Below, in pieces: positions 20,956 through 33,673 of a stretch of 64,000 nt of DNA. This DNA is from Azolla caroliniana (Eukaryota; Plantae; Polypodiophyta): contig JBHGNT010000006.1 of the NCBI GenBank assembly GCA_043228905.1, forward strand, positions 10,106,001-10,170,000, written 5' to 3'. Below the pieces are notes generated by a model. The model was not told the DNA's origin and ran no database searches. It saw only the letters and a program-made list of their open reading frames with translations. Every line of letters starts with the position of its first letter. Position 1 is the stretch's first letter. The translations under genes were made by a program, and so were the position numbers.

Positions 20956-23900
20956 ACGGCTTCCCCGTTTCGCGAAGAATATGGTTTTGTAGTTAGGTGC
21001 AACATTTGTAGTATAATGTGTGAAGCATGAGCCATCGCATTTGTCCCATGTCATGATACATTGGCGTTGCAAAAAGGCCTTATTTATAGAGGAATCTAAT
21101 GATGCATCATGAAGCAAGTGTCTCGCATCCCATCTACCAAACCATTTTTCTATATCTTGCATCCAACCGGAACACAAGATTTTGTTTTTATGCGTCTTTT
21201 GGATCTTTTTGCTTGCTTCCCACGCAATTCTAGGAAGTTGATGCGAGGGACTTTTTTGAACCTTAAGCATGTATTCAACAACCCTTTCCATGTCCATGAT
21301 CTCAATGGGAAGCGATCCCGTCAAAAGGAGGAGGAGGGTGTAGGGCGTTTGTTTCTTAACTTGTAGAAACTTTGTAAGAAAATGTTTTTGGACATTTTCA
21401 AACTCTTTCCACATATATTTAGGGATGCTACCGCCCCATACTTCCACCCCATAGAGAAGAACCAGTGTCACCAAAGTGTCGAAAAGATATTTCTTGAGGA
21501 CCCAACACTTAATATCTCCAAGATTGCATGTGTTCTCAAATGCATAGTATGCTTGCTTACCCGCCTCTAAGCGGAGTGTAGCACATTCATTCCATTTATG
21601 ATTTGAAGGAACTTCAAGGCCAAGATATTTGAAGCTTTCCACACATTCAAGTGGCTCATTGTTGTACATAATGCATGGTTTATCTCTTTTTTGACTCTTC
21701 ACAAGCATAATCTTATTTTTAGAGCTACCGACACTTAATCTAGTATGCATGCAATTTTTTTCCCAATGTCTTCATAAGCTTTTGTGCATCTCCTGAAGTA
21801 TTTGCAAAAAGCACTACATCATCCGCATATAACAAATGCATAATCACAACATTCCCAATGGCAACTTCTTCAACACATTCTTCCTTTACAAACTTGGTAA
21901 CCATTTCTTCTAATTCATCAATGCATAGACCAAATAATGTTGGTGAGAGTGGCCATCCTTGCTTAACACCAATAATATTATTGACAAAATTTGAAAGTCT
22001 ATCTCTCATACGCACACAACATATAACCTGCTCATATATTCGGGAAATTGCAAGCAGATATTCACTTGGCACCCCAAGTTCTTCCATCCGCCTCCAAAGA
22101 TGCTCACGAGGTACCATATCAAAAGCTTTCTTGAAGTCTACAAAGCAACAATATAAACCTTTACCTCTAAGGCGACTTTCCTTCATTAATACTCGAAGAG
22201 TGATAAGATGATCAATGGTGCTATGGTGTTTTCGAAAACCAACTTGTCCATAAGCTCTCTTACCATTTTTTTCTGCCCATACACTTATCTTTGATTCCAT
22301 TATATATCCAAATAGTTTTGCCATTAATGAGCCAACCATGATGGTTCGATAGTCGTTTACATTATTTACATCTCCGCCTTTATGTAAAGGTTTGATCCAA
22401 TTTGTAGTCCAATCATATGGCTTACCATGTTGCAATGCATCATTAAACATATCACATATCCATATATGTGCTTCGTTTCCCGTCCATTTGAGTATTTCAA
22501 CTTTTATTCATTGAAGATCGCTTGTCTTTCGAGAGGCCAATTTCTTAAGTCCTATGCATATATCTTCAATTGTAAAGAAGGGAGGAATATGTGAAAGAGA
22601 ACCATAACACATCATCTTTCCAGCAAGAGATAACTCATATAAATTCTTACAATGCATAGACAAGTCATGAAGAGTTAAGCCACCATAACTCTCAACACGT
22701 TTCCCCTTTAGATTTCCCCAAAATTTAGCACATGCATGTGCTTTGTCTTGCGTTTGGAGAAGTTGTTGAGTAACTTCCCATATTTGTCTCTTTCTTTGAA
22801 TAAGCCTTTTATAGTCATGGTAATGCTTTTGGTAATTTTCTTTATCCTTGACTACATCCAAAACCATAAGGCACTTTTGAGCTTCATGACATTCTTTCTC
22901 AAACCATTTTTTCTTACATTTCTTGGTGCATTTCCATGATGTGCAGTTGGTCAAAAAACATTTGTTTGTACAAGAGAGAATGACATTCTTAAAAGCTTCC
23001 CATTTGCATTCTAGTGTGGCACCATGTTGTGTCTTTGTCATTTGTAACATATCCTCAACCATCTTGGAATACATGGGCGCTCGCTTAAGATTCATGCTCA
23101 AGTACGTTTGTTTACTAACTTCGATGACCTTCTCACAATCAAACCTATGCATACATTTGAGATCAATACATAAATTCCTATGATCGGATTCCGGTGTCCA
23201 TTCCCCCAGTGAAAATTTATGTATACGATCCAAAATACCTTCAGAAAGTAGCACATAGTCAATCACACTATTTCCATTGTGTTTTCTACATGTAAAGTCG
23301 TTAGTATTGGGCCATAAGGAAACACCATTTGCAATAAGCAATCCGGTACTATTGCACATTTTTAGTAGTAGTTTCCCAAATTGGTATGGATCTTTTTCAT
23401 CGCTAGAAGATCTACTATACATTTGCATATCCTCTTGCATCCTTGAGATATGTGGCATGAAAGATTCTTGTGAATCAAGTTGGAAACTTCTTGTATGAGC
23501 ATTCATGTCACCAAAGACAATAACTTCCCCTTTGGATTTGAAATAAGCAATATCATCGTCTTGATTTGCAAAAGGTTGATCTTTATCCAAACAAGCATAG
23601 AAGTTAGAATCTTGATGAGGAATGTAGCATCCAACGACAAAAGCGGGCAAATCATTAGGTGTTTCTATTTTGAGCCATATGTAGCATTTATGTTCATCAT
23701 TTTTTACAATTGACATATATTTCTCTATTTCCTTCTTAATCAAACGTGCCATCCCTCGTCCTCTTCTTTGTCTTGGATTTGTCTCCCACATCAAAGAGTG
23801 TACATCATAGTTTCCTAAACCTTGAATCCTTTGAGTATCATGCTCCCATGTTTCAACAAGAAGTGTGATATCCGAGTCATCGATGAACTCCTCTATGTCG

Positions 23901-23977
23901 AATCCCGCATTCCATGGGTATCCATTGCAATTCCAAAAACATAGTCGTAAAAGACGTGGTTTAGTCTCATAGTTCAC
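20956..23977 (-). pseudogene. LINE ORF2: APE endonuclease and reverse transcriptase
   Basis: WNCNG, LVETW, GDMNAH, VIDY, SDH; GFRKHHSTIDH, FVDFKKAFD, GVKQG.PLSPTLF, YADD, FKYLG. Confidence 0.93.
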
Positions 23978-23983
23978 ATGTCC

Positions 23984-24861
23984 CTATTTGCCTACACTTC
24001 CATCTTTAAGCACATCCTTAACCTTATTTTTCAATCTTTCTTCATATGCTTTATGACATGCATTTTGTTGTGAGATAGTACAATCTTCACTCACAAAGCA
24101 TTGCGTACCTTTGAGGTATACCCAACTATTTTCGAGTATGATTTGCCGCTTTGTATCATCCGTCATTGTGCATACAATGGGCCTTTCTCCGGAGTGAGTA
24201 ACACCATGTTTCCCAACTCGGTGTGCCCCATATACATTCACATCCGACATCCCATAATGCATGCTAAAAAATTCACCAATGGCCTTTCCAAGGGAAGCAA
24301 GTGTTTCCATACTCTCCTCTTTAATCCCACAGATAACAATGTTCTTTGATCTTCGATCATGCTCTTTCAATTCTCAAGCATCTATGCTTTCTATATTCTT
24401 CTCTTGATGCATCACATGCATATTAGATGAGTTTGATACCCCATCCCCACCACATACATCGGCCCATGATTTCGTTGTATATACATTTTTCATCTCACTT
24501 ACATCTGACCTCATCGTGTCTAATTTTTCTTCTTTTATGCTTCCTTTAACTCAATCTTATTAAGGCACTCATTTGTTTCAAAAGAAGCTCTTTTACATTC
24601 TTGAATCTCTTCTTCAAGTTTTGCAACCCCATTCTTAAGAATTTCATTCTCAATGGCAATAGTTTGGAGCTTAGCATTCTCTTTCATTAACATCCTAATC
24701 TCTTCACCTTGCTTGTTTATGGTTTCTTGAAGAGAAATCAAGTGACTCATAAGCATTTTGTCCATTGTGTTTATTGCATTGGAATCAACATTTGTTGGTG
24801 ATTTTGGTTCATTATCAATCATACTCCCGAACTTTGAGGCAGCCTTACGAGTGTGTGTCAT
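23984..24861 (-). pseudogene. LINE ORF1 (coiled coil plus RRM-like)
   Basis: Heptad-rich 24535-24861; RRSKNIVICGIKEE, AHRVGK, RPIVC motifs. Confidence 0.75.
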
Positions 24862-24877
24862 TGTAGGACCAAACCCT

Positions 24878-24880
<3 letters not shown>

Positions 24881-24933
<53 letters not shown>

Positions 24934-25225
24934 TGATGACAACGAAATATTATGTGAAAGAATATTAAAGGATGGCTAGGAGGCTTAAGACTGGCGTTGA
25001 ACCAATTTGGTTCGAAATAATGCCTTGTGCCTCCTTTTATAGTGTTCTCAGGAGTACTCCTGAAGTTTCTAGAATGGACCAGAGAAATCTGGAATATACA
25101 TCAATTTTCTATATTAAAACTTAAATGAAAATAATATTCTTTGTATTACAATATATAGTCTAATGGTCAAGAGTTCTACCTATGTAACTTAAGGTCATGG
25201 GTTCGAATTTTGCCATATCACTACA
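24881..25225 (-). repeat. 3' LTR of C (partial)
   Basis: Aligns with 30145-30482. Confidence 0.9.
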
Positions 25226-25269
25226 CTATCCCCCCTTTAAAACGATGAGTGTCACGAGTCGTTTTGGAT

Positions 25270-28200
25270 TGAGGACCTAGTTTGTCTGGATATTGACGAC
25301 GGAAGTCTTCAAGAAGAGCACGAGCATTGGTCACATTCTTTATTGGTTTCTAAGTACGCTCATTGGGGCTATATCCTAGCCAATCGACTAAATAGTAGAG
25401 CTTGTTGCAAACAATCTTGGAATCAAGGATGGGGGCAACCTCGTACTCAAGTCCATCTTCAAGTTCGGTCGAGGGTGGAGGTTGTTTAATACGACTTGGG
25501 ATGGTGTTGTCCTGATACGGTTCTAGGAGAGAACTATGAAACACCGGATGTATTTGTAGTTGCGGAGGTAGATCGAGATGAAAAGTGACATCATTAATCT
25601 TTTCGATAATATGGAATGAACCTAATCACCGATAATCCAACTTCTCACATGGGCAAGTAGTCTTAATGTGTCATCGTAGTAGTGGCTACCCGATCTCCAA
25701 TGTTAAAATTGGATGGAAGCCGATGACGATCCGCGTAAACCTTGTGTGTTTGTTGAGCTTGCTGTAGATGAATACATAAATCCGCTTGTATCTTGTGTAC
25801 CCGCTCCAAACGATCCTCTACGCAAGGATTTGTGGGTAAATCTAGGGTTTCAAATACGCACCACTGGGGGTGACAGCCCGTGTAAGCATAAAATGGCGTA
25901 ACCTTTGTCGATGATTGGACAGAGTTATTATACGCAAATTCGGCGAAGTGGAGAATATCCGCTCAGTCATCTTGATGATAGCTTAGAAAGCACCAAAGAT
26001 ACTGCTCCAGCGTTTGATTTGTTCGTTCTGCTTGGCCGTTTGTTTGCGGGTGGTAGCTGGAGGAGAGGTTACAAGTGACCTTGAGCATTTTGAAGAGGTG
26101 CTTCCAGAATTTTGAGACGAACTGGGGTCCACGGTCGCTGATGATACTATCGGGGAGGCCATGAAGCTGACATAGCTCACGCATGACAGTCTTGGCGGTT
26201 TCTTCACTAGTGATTTCCTTAGTACATAGCAGGAAATGGGCCATCTTCGTATATCGATCTACTACAATTAAGATTGCATCGAATCCCTTAGAAACTAGAA
26301 GATCTGTGATGAAATCTAGAGCAATGGATTGCCACGGCTTGCTTGGAATTGGTAATGGTTCCAATCAACCATATGGATGATGCCTTGGCATTTTTGCTTT
26401 GCAACATGTATCACAAGTCCGAACAAAATCTTCGACAAATCGTTGCATATGGGGCCACCAAAATGATCGTTGTACTAAATCTAATGTTTTAGTACTACCA
26501 AAATGCCCAGGTGTATATGTGTCATGACAGTTTTGGACTACTCGAAGGCGACAAGAACCATTAGGAACATACAAGAGTTTTTTGAAGAATAATAATCCAT
26601 CATGACATTCAAATTGTCGATAGTCTGTACCTCGTTGTTGCGACTTTGAACAAGATGCTCGAGGGGGATCAATTTGTGCTAGAATGACTTGGTCGAAAAC
26701 ATCTGTCTTCAAGTCCTCACGTATGGTATCGATAACATGGGAATCTAATGGCATACCGAAGACACGCGTTGCTTGCAGTCATGCCGATCCCAGGATTACT
26801 TGCTTTTGGTTATCGAAAGTTGGCTCGCCGGGACGCGGTGCTAGATACGTGCGCCATGATAATGCATCTGTCTTCCCTTGTTGCTTTCCCGGACGATATG
26901 TAATTTTGAAGTCAAAACAAGTGAGGAATTGGGCCCACCGAGCTTGACGTCGATTTAACACACGAGCATTCTAAAAGTAGGCAAGGTTTTTGTGATCGCT
27001 GAATACGGTGACTTGATTAGAAGATCCTTCTAGAAAATGCCTCCATTGCGTAAAAGAGTCCACTATGGCTAAGAGATCCTTATCATGAATTTCATAATTG
27101 ATTTCGGCGGCGTCAAACTTGCGTGAGTGGAAAGCCATAGGATGTAGCTTTTCATCATCGCCTTGTTGTGATAGAATGCTACCCAAGGCAAAATCCGATG
27201 CGTTTGCCTCAATGATGAATGGTTTTTCCGGATCAACATGAGCTAGAATAGGAGTTGATGTAAATGCCTTCTTAAGACTCTCAAAAGCCATGTCTGCTCC
27301 TTCAGATTTAATGGACGATTGACCCTTCCTAGTCAACTGTGTGAGAGGCAGAACAAGCTTTGAGTAATCCTGTGTAAACTTGCGTTTGGCAAAGCCTAAA
27401 AAGCATTGCACATCTCACAACGAACGTGGAGTCTGCCATTCTACCACCATTTTGACCTTAGCTAGATCCATGGATATGCCTTCCAAGGAGATGACATAGC
27501 CTAGAAATTACCTAGTTGCACCCGATACTACATTTTTCCAGCTTTGCATAAAGACCATGTTCTCGAAGTCGTTTTAGTACTAACAATACATGAGAATCAT
27601 GTTCTTCTCGGGTCTTTGAATAAACCAGTAGATCATCCAAATAGATGATCAAACAAACATCCAAGAGATATCGGAATATATCATTTGCCCGGAATATATC
27701 ATTTGCCATGTGCTGGAAGATTGCTGCCGCATTAGTGAGACCGAATGGCATGACGGTATAATCGAAGTGCCGATATCTGGTGCGAAATGCGGTGTTCCAT
27801 TAATCTCCTGGTCGGATTCGTACGAGGTTATATGCTCCTCGTAAGTCGATCTTTGTGAAGAACCTTGCACCATTGATCCGTTCTAGAAGACTTGAGATAA
27901 GGGGAAGTGCATACCTATTCCTGATGGTGATTCATGCCATGATAATCTACGATTAGACGTAGTGATCCATCCTTTTTCTTGACGAAGAAAATGGGTGTAC
28001 AGGCTGGAGATTTCGAATGTCGAATGAAACCATTTGCCAAATTCTCCTCTATATAGGCTCAAAGGACTTCTAACTCGGTTGGTGACAAGTTGTAGATCGA
28101 TCCCCATGGTGGCTCTTTTCCCGGTTGTAAATCAATGGGGCAATCATACTGTCGATGGTGAGGAAGCGTATTGGCTTGTACTTTATCGAACACATAGGCA

Positions 28201-28810
28201 TAATGACGATACTTCTCTGGAAGTTGAACGGTGGACTCCTCTTTAGTGGTGTTGGAGGGTTTTACTAATACTGCGAAGAGAAACATTTCTTCCTTGCGTC
28301 CTTCCTCACGCAACTGATATAGCAAAATGGTTGCAATCTTATTAGTAGATCCTCAGGTTTGTCGATACCGGATTTCTCTTGTTCTCCAATCTATATTTGG
28401 GTTATGTAATTCGAACCATGGTAATCCCAAAATAATGGGATGTTCTAGGATACTAATTATATTAAATGATAGTACACATGCTAAGTTATCTAAGGCAATA
28501 TTAATTGGCTTTGACTCTTCTATGATATTTCCGGAAGCAATGGGACGACCATCAATGACTACTACAAAGGTTGGACACGGGAGTTTTCTTAGGGATATTC
28601 GATGAGCTTGGGAAAAATTCCTATCCATGAAGCAAGAATTAGCTCCGGAATCTAGGAGTGCTAAGACATGTACTGGCGGGGTACTTTTAGTACTAACGGT
28701 TACTTGAGCTAAGAAGACATTGCTAACTTGCTTAGAGGGAATGGCACCACTAATGGGTTGCACAGATCTAGGGCTGTCTAACTAAATGGCTCCTATTTTG
28801 GCTGGACTTA
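25270..28810 (-). pseudogene. pol of C with C-terminal chromodomain
   Basis: ALLDSGANSCF, MPFGLTNA, YLDD, EIHDKDLLAI, SDRGPQF, EYEVAPILDSK..YYLVDWLGYSPNERT. Confidence 0.92.
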
Positions 28811-29956
28811 GTCGTTTAACTCTTCTTCTAACTAACTAAGGACATCAAATTTGTTCGATAGATTTGGGCTGTTAGTACTATTAGGATTATCAGATATTCC
28901 TACTGAAATAGACTCGGGTTTAGTACAATTAGAACTAGCAACTATTTGTTTTACTTGTCTTCTTGGCCTATGGGGACAGTTCACTGCAATATGCCCTGGT
29001 CCACCACAATAAAGACATAGTCGATTCACTCGGCGTCGCTGCTTTTCCTCTTCTGATAATGGTCCGCGACAACGTGTAGTGTCAATTTCCATCGGAGTTG
29101 GAGTATTCACTGGAGACGCATTATATGACTCCCGTGGAAAAGGTTTTGCTACCACTAAGGCATACGTGCGCTCTAATCTTGCCCTTGGCATCTAGAACTG
29201 ACGTTCTGAACGTCATTCGAAAAGATGGTTGTCACATCTCACCACACGAATGATTGCTTCTGTCAATGACTTTGGTTCTTCGGGGAAGGTCAAGAGTAAA
29301 TCCTTGACATCGTTATGTAAATCATAACGAAATTGCTCCATTAATGCCTGGTCATGCCAGGGGATATCGGAGGCGAGTAGACGGAAATCTGCAGCGTATG
29401 CGGAGGCTAGACGATCACCTTGACGTAATCGTCGGATTTTGTTGATTGCTGTCCTTATGCTGTTAGTATCTCCAAAACAGGCTTTAAAATCACTTATAAA
29501 CTCTTCAAAATTGTTTAGTAATGGAGATTCCTTTTCTAACAATGGAGCAAACCATGCCAAAGCTGAGCCACTTAACAATGTGCCTACTAAACCCACTTGT
29601 GATGCATCAATGGGATATCGGGAAGGATGCATTTGAATGACTAATCATACCTGATTAAGGAATCCTCTAAACGGTGATCGCGTTCCATCGAATTTCATGG
29701 GAATGCCGATCTTGGGTTCTTTATGAATCCCTTGCGTATTGGGTCCTTGTTGTTGCATCGTTACAATGGTTGCTTCGAGTTGTTGCACGCGTAACGGTAG
29801 TTCCCCATGTTGTTGCGTTTGCTGCTTTTCTAAGGAGATTTGTTGAAGATCCCCCAACAACCGTTGATTTTCTTGTTCCAAAGCAAGGAACTTCTCTTTC
29901 AAGCATTGCAACTCGAAGAACACGGATTGATATTCTTGAGCGCTAACAGTGGCCAT
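28808..29956 (-). pseudogene. gag of C
   Basis: KFDGTRS.FRGFLNQV, LRQG..SAYAADF, PMEID, CLYCGGPGHIAVNC. Confidence 0.9.
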
Positions 29957-30142
29957 AGGATGAGAGGAAAGAGGAATAAGAGATTAGTATGAAGGGAGGG
30001 AGACGTAAGAAGATAAAAGGAAGAGGAGAGGAGGAGAAATCGGTTCAAACCGTTAGGAATAGTACCGAGACAGAGAGGAAATTAATACTAAGAGATGAAT
30101 ATTAGTACTAAGAGGAAAAGAGGGTGTCGAACACTCGAGAGA

Positions 30143-30187
<45 letters not shown>

Positions 30188-30318
30188 TGATGATGACAAC
30201 GATATATTATGTGAAAGAATATACAAGGACGGCTAGGAGGCTTAACACTGGCGTTGAAGCGATTTGGTTCAAAATAATGCCTTGTGCCTCCTTTTATAGT
30301 CTTCTCGGGAGTACTCCT

Positions 30319-30340
30319 GAAGTTTCTAGAATGTTCTAGA
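30319..30340. promoter_or_regulatory. Heat-shock element array in LTR U3
   Basis: GAAgtTTCtaGAAtgTTCtaGA just upstream of TATA; also at 25062, 38307 and 63944-64000. Confidence 0.65.
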
Positions 30341-30412
30341 GAAATATGGAATATACATCAAGTTTCTATAGTAAAACTTAAATGTAAATAATATTATTTG
30401 TATTACAATATA

Positions 30413-30468
30413 TAGTCTAATGGTCAAGAGTTCGACCCATGTAACATAAGATCATGAGTTCAAATCTT
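30413..30468 (+). promoter_or_regulatory. tRNA-like Pol III A box/B box, antisense to the LTR
   Basis: TAGTCTAATGG at 30413 and GTTCAAATC at 30458, 45 nt apart; same at 25156/25201. Confidence 0.55.
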
Positions 30469-32966
30469 GCCATATCATGACAAGTATTCATCAACACATA
30501 AATATTACATATCTTTGTACATAAAGACGTGTGCATCCGTGCACACCCCCGTTCACGCGCATCCGGCCCCTTTTTGTTCCTATGCCTGTAATCCTTCATG
30601 ACAGCCACCCCCACCAAACCGCACATCCTCCTACATGTGCCAAGCAGTGAAGCGGTGGGGATTCTGGCTTAGTCTTCACTCATCCTCTCCCAAATCATCA
30701 CTGAAGACCTTTATCCGCTTTCCCTCAACCGGTACCGCTATCCTCGTTCCCTCGAGCTCCCCGAGGTGATATGTCGCATTGTTGGTGGTGCTCGTCACCA
30801 CATACGGCCTGAACCACCGCCTCGCAAATTTTTGGGTTGACTTGTGCTGGTTGTCGAGGTTGTTGTCGTAGAATAGCATCCAATTGCCTTCTTTGATCTT
30901 CTTTGACCAGAGTCGGTGTGTCCGGTCGAATCGTCCTTTGTTCTTCTTCCTCACCTCTTCCACCCTCGTCATCGCTCGTTCCATGTCCTCCGGCCTCTGC
31001 TCGAGGATCCGTGCCGCTAGCAGCTCCTCCCGAGTCCCGACTCATCTCATCCAACTAGTCGACCGACATCCATGATGCTATTGTTCTCTCCATCGGCATA
31101 ATCGGCTTTTGTCGGAACATTAATTTGGCGGGCATGTATCCGGTCATTGAACTGTGCGTGGTCTGGTCGGCCCACAAAGCATATGGGAGAAGGCTTGGCC
31201 AATTTCGGGCTCGTCCGTCACATGCTCGCACTATCGGTTTGTGCCCTCTTTCGACCTTCCCGTTGGCCTTCGGATTGTATGCTATTGTGAGGGAAAGATT
31301 GACCCCTAGTCGCTCGAATAGCTCCTCCACGTCAAGTTCCCCTCGGTTGGCCACTATCTCCCGACGCATCCATACCGGTAGAGCAAATCTTCGATTAGGA
31401 ACTGGCATACCACTGCAGTTGTCTTGTTCATCAATGCCCGGCCCTCGACCTAATTCTTAGGTCCTCTCTTGCGAGCACTAGGTACTTCATCTGCCCTACC
31501 CCCATCGGCATCATCACCAAGTCGACCATTCACTTAACGTGAATGGATCGCGGGTAAGTCAGGCGCAACTCGTCACGATACCGGATCGCTGAATGCATCT
31601 GGCAGCTTTCACACGTTGACATGAAGTGGTTTACATCTCTGAACATTCCCGACCACCAGTACCTTTCTTTTAGCTTCTCGAGCGTGACCTATTTCCCACG
31701 ATGTTCGAACCAGGGTCTCTTGTGGAACTCTGACATGACTATTACCTGATCCTCCTTCTTCGTCACCACTCGGAGTGGTGTGCCAGTCCGCTTCTTCGGA
31801 TGGTGCCAGATTTTACCTTTCCTCAGGAAGAACCGGTACACCTTCTTCCAGATCTGGGTTGCTTCATCCTTCGTCCACGTTATGTCTCCCCGTGCTTAAG
31901 AACCTCCCAATCTGAAACCACTCCCCGTCGTAGTTGTTCTCATCGAACTTGTTCAGGGCCGGAGTGCTTCGTTTGTTCGCCGACAATCGAGCCGACTCGA
32001 AGAAGTCCACGCCGACTTCTTCATCTTCGGACACCATGCCATCCTCATTATCGTATCGTGCAGTCGACAACATATTGGCCATGTCATTGTCTTTTTTGGA
32101 GATGTGTCGTATCTCCAAATTCAGGGACTTGATATACGCGATCCACCTGAGCATCGCCAGGTTCGGAAACCATATCAAGAATCGGTAGACAGTCCGTCTT
32201 GATAATCACCTCCGACCTGATCAAGTAGTGCTTGTCATCTTTGACTATCAAAACGATACCCCATAATTCGTGCTTAACTTGGGCGTATCCTTGTTGTCGC
32301 TCGCTTAACACCTTTGCGCCGAACTGAACGGTGAACCTTGTTCCGGCTTCGTCTTCCTGGTGTATAACCCATCCAATTCCGATCGGACTTGTGTCCACCG
32401 TAACGTAAACCGGAGCGCCCTTCTTGTACATTGCTTTCCGGAGAGCCGATGCGCCATTAATATCCCCTTTAGTCTCCGAATCGCCTTCGAGTGCTCTTCA
32501 CTCCATTCAAATTTCCGACCTTTCTTCAGCAAGCTGTAAAAGGGCTCGACGATATGCGCGTAATGGGGAATCCAAATGTGGTAGAAGGCGCACGGTCCTA
32601 AGAACTGTTGGACCTCCGTGACCGACCTACACTCTTCTTTCATTGTCGAGATGGCCTCTACCTTCGCCGGAGATGGTTTCCGTCCGTATGGTCCGTGTCG
32701 GTGTCTGATCACAAAGACCTCTAATTTTCTGAACGCTAACTTCTTCCCCGAGAAGGTAAGCTGAGTGCCCTCCCTCTAGCCTCTGCAGTATCTTCTCGCA
32801 ATCGGAGATGTGGTCCGCAACAAATTTCCGACATCCGTCCTCCTTGAACAACTTGTCTTTCATGTCCTCCGAATATCCCTTGATCGAGATGTCGTCCAGA
32901 AATGACATGGTGATGTCCTAGATGCAATCCATCAACACCTTGTTCATTGCGTTCACCATGTGCGCC

Positions 32967-33673
32967 TAGCAATGGGCCCGGTTTCGACTCAAACCAATAA
33001 ATTGTGGCGTAACGGTTTATAGGTTCAAAGATAAATAAATGGTTTGGTTTGGTTTCAAATGTTACTAATCGGTTTAGGTTCGGTTCGGTTTTGGATTTAG
33101 AAGTTTATCGGTTTATCAACTTATCAATTTCTATTAATGGGGTTTGGTTTAAAGGTTTATAGGTTAAAAAATACTCAAAAATATTCTCTATAGGTTCTAA
33201 CTTTCAAAATTTAATTTTAAACTCTTGTTTTAACTTATTAAATTTTCTATGTATTATATGTAGAGTCTCCTTTTCATTTATGATGATCAATTATAATAAG
33301 TATGATGATCAAATTTATGATAAGTATAATGATCAAATTTATGATAAGTATGATGACCAAATTTATGATAAGTATGATAACAAAATTTATGATAAGTATG
33401 ATGAATAAATTTATGATGATTTTCTCACACAAATTTATAATAATTATGATGATTAATATCAATAAAAAATGGTTTGGTTTGGTTTGGTTTTAAATTTTTC
33501 GTAAACGGTTTGGTTTCTCCTATTCTTCAAACGGTTTGGTTTAATGGTTTGGTTTAAATGGCTTCATAAAATTTAAAACAACTTGGTTCGGTTTTTATTA
33601 TTAATAAATGGTTTGGTTTGGTTTCAAGGCCAAGAAAGCAAACTGAACTGAAACCAAACCGGGCCCATTGCTA
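32967..33673. mobile_element. Non-autonomous hAT element (MITE-like)
   Basis: 18-bp TIR TAGCAATGGGCCCGGTTT, 8-bp TSD TGTGCGCC (32959-32966 / 33674-33681), many GGTTT subterminal motifs. Confidence 0.93.
33295..33420. repeat. 24-bp minisatellite, about 5 copies
   Basis: Unit ataagtatgatgatcaaatttatg. Confidence 0.9.

Larger units (their letters stand above)
20956..24880 (-). mobile_element. Non-LTR retrotransposon (LINE, RTE/RTEX-like); 3' end outside window
   Basis: ORF1 plus APE-RT ORF2; 5' end abuts the (GA)n tract of element C 3' LTR. Confidence 0.9.
24881..30482 (-). mobile_element. Gypsy element C, Tcn1-like chromovirus
   Basis: gag-PR-RT-RH-INT-chromodomain; LTRs 30051-30482 and 24881-25225 (cut by LINE); PPT aaaggggggatag; no tRNA PBS. 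Confidence 0.92.
30051..30482 (-). repeat. 5' LTR of C
   Basis: TGTCATG start at 30482; TATA at 30292-30300; inner end inferred from comparison with 38159. Confidence 0.85.

Noticed and set aside
27672-27707. 18-bp tandem duplication in RT (ANDIFR twice)
   Set aside because: Ordinary local slippage in a dead copy.
30405-30480. A functional tRNA gene
   Set aside because: Acceptor and anticodon stems do not fold convincingly; only the boxes are retained.
33295-33420. CRISPR-like array or Ile/Met-rich ORFs
   Set aside because: Head-to-tail 24-bp units with no unique spacers; the ORFs are repeat artefacts.
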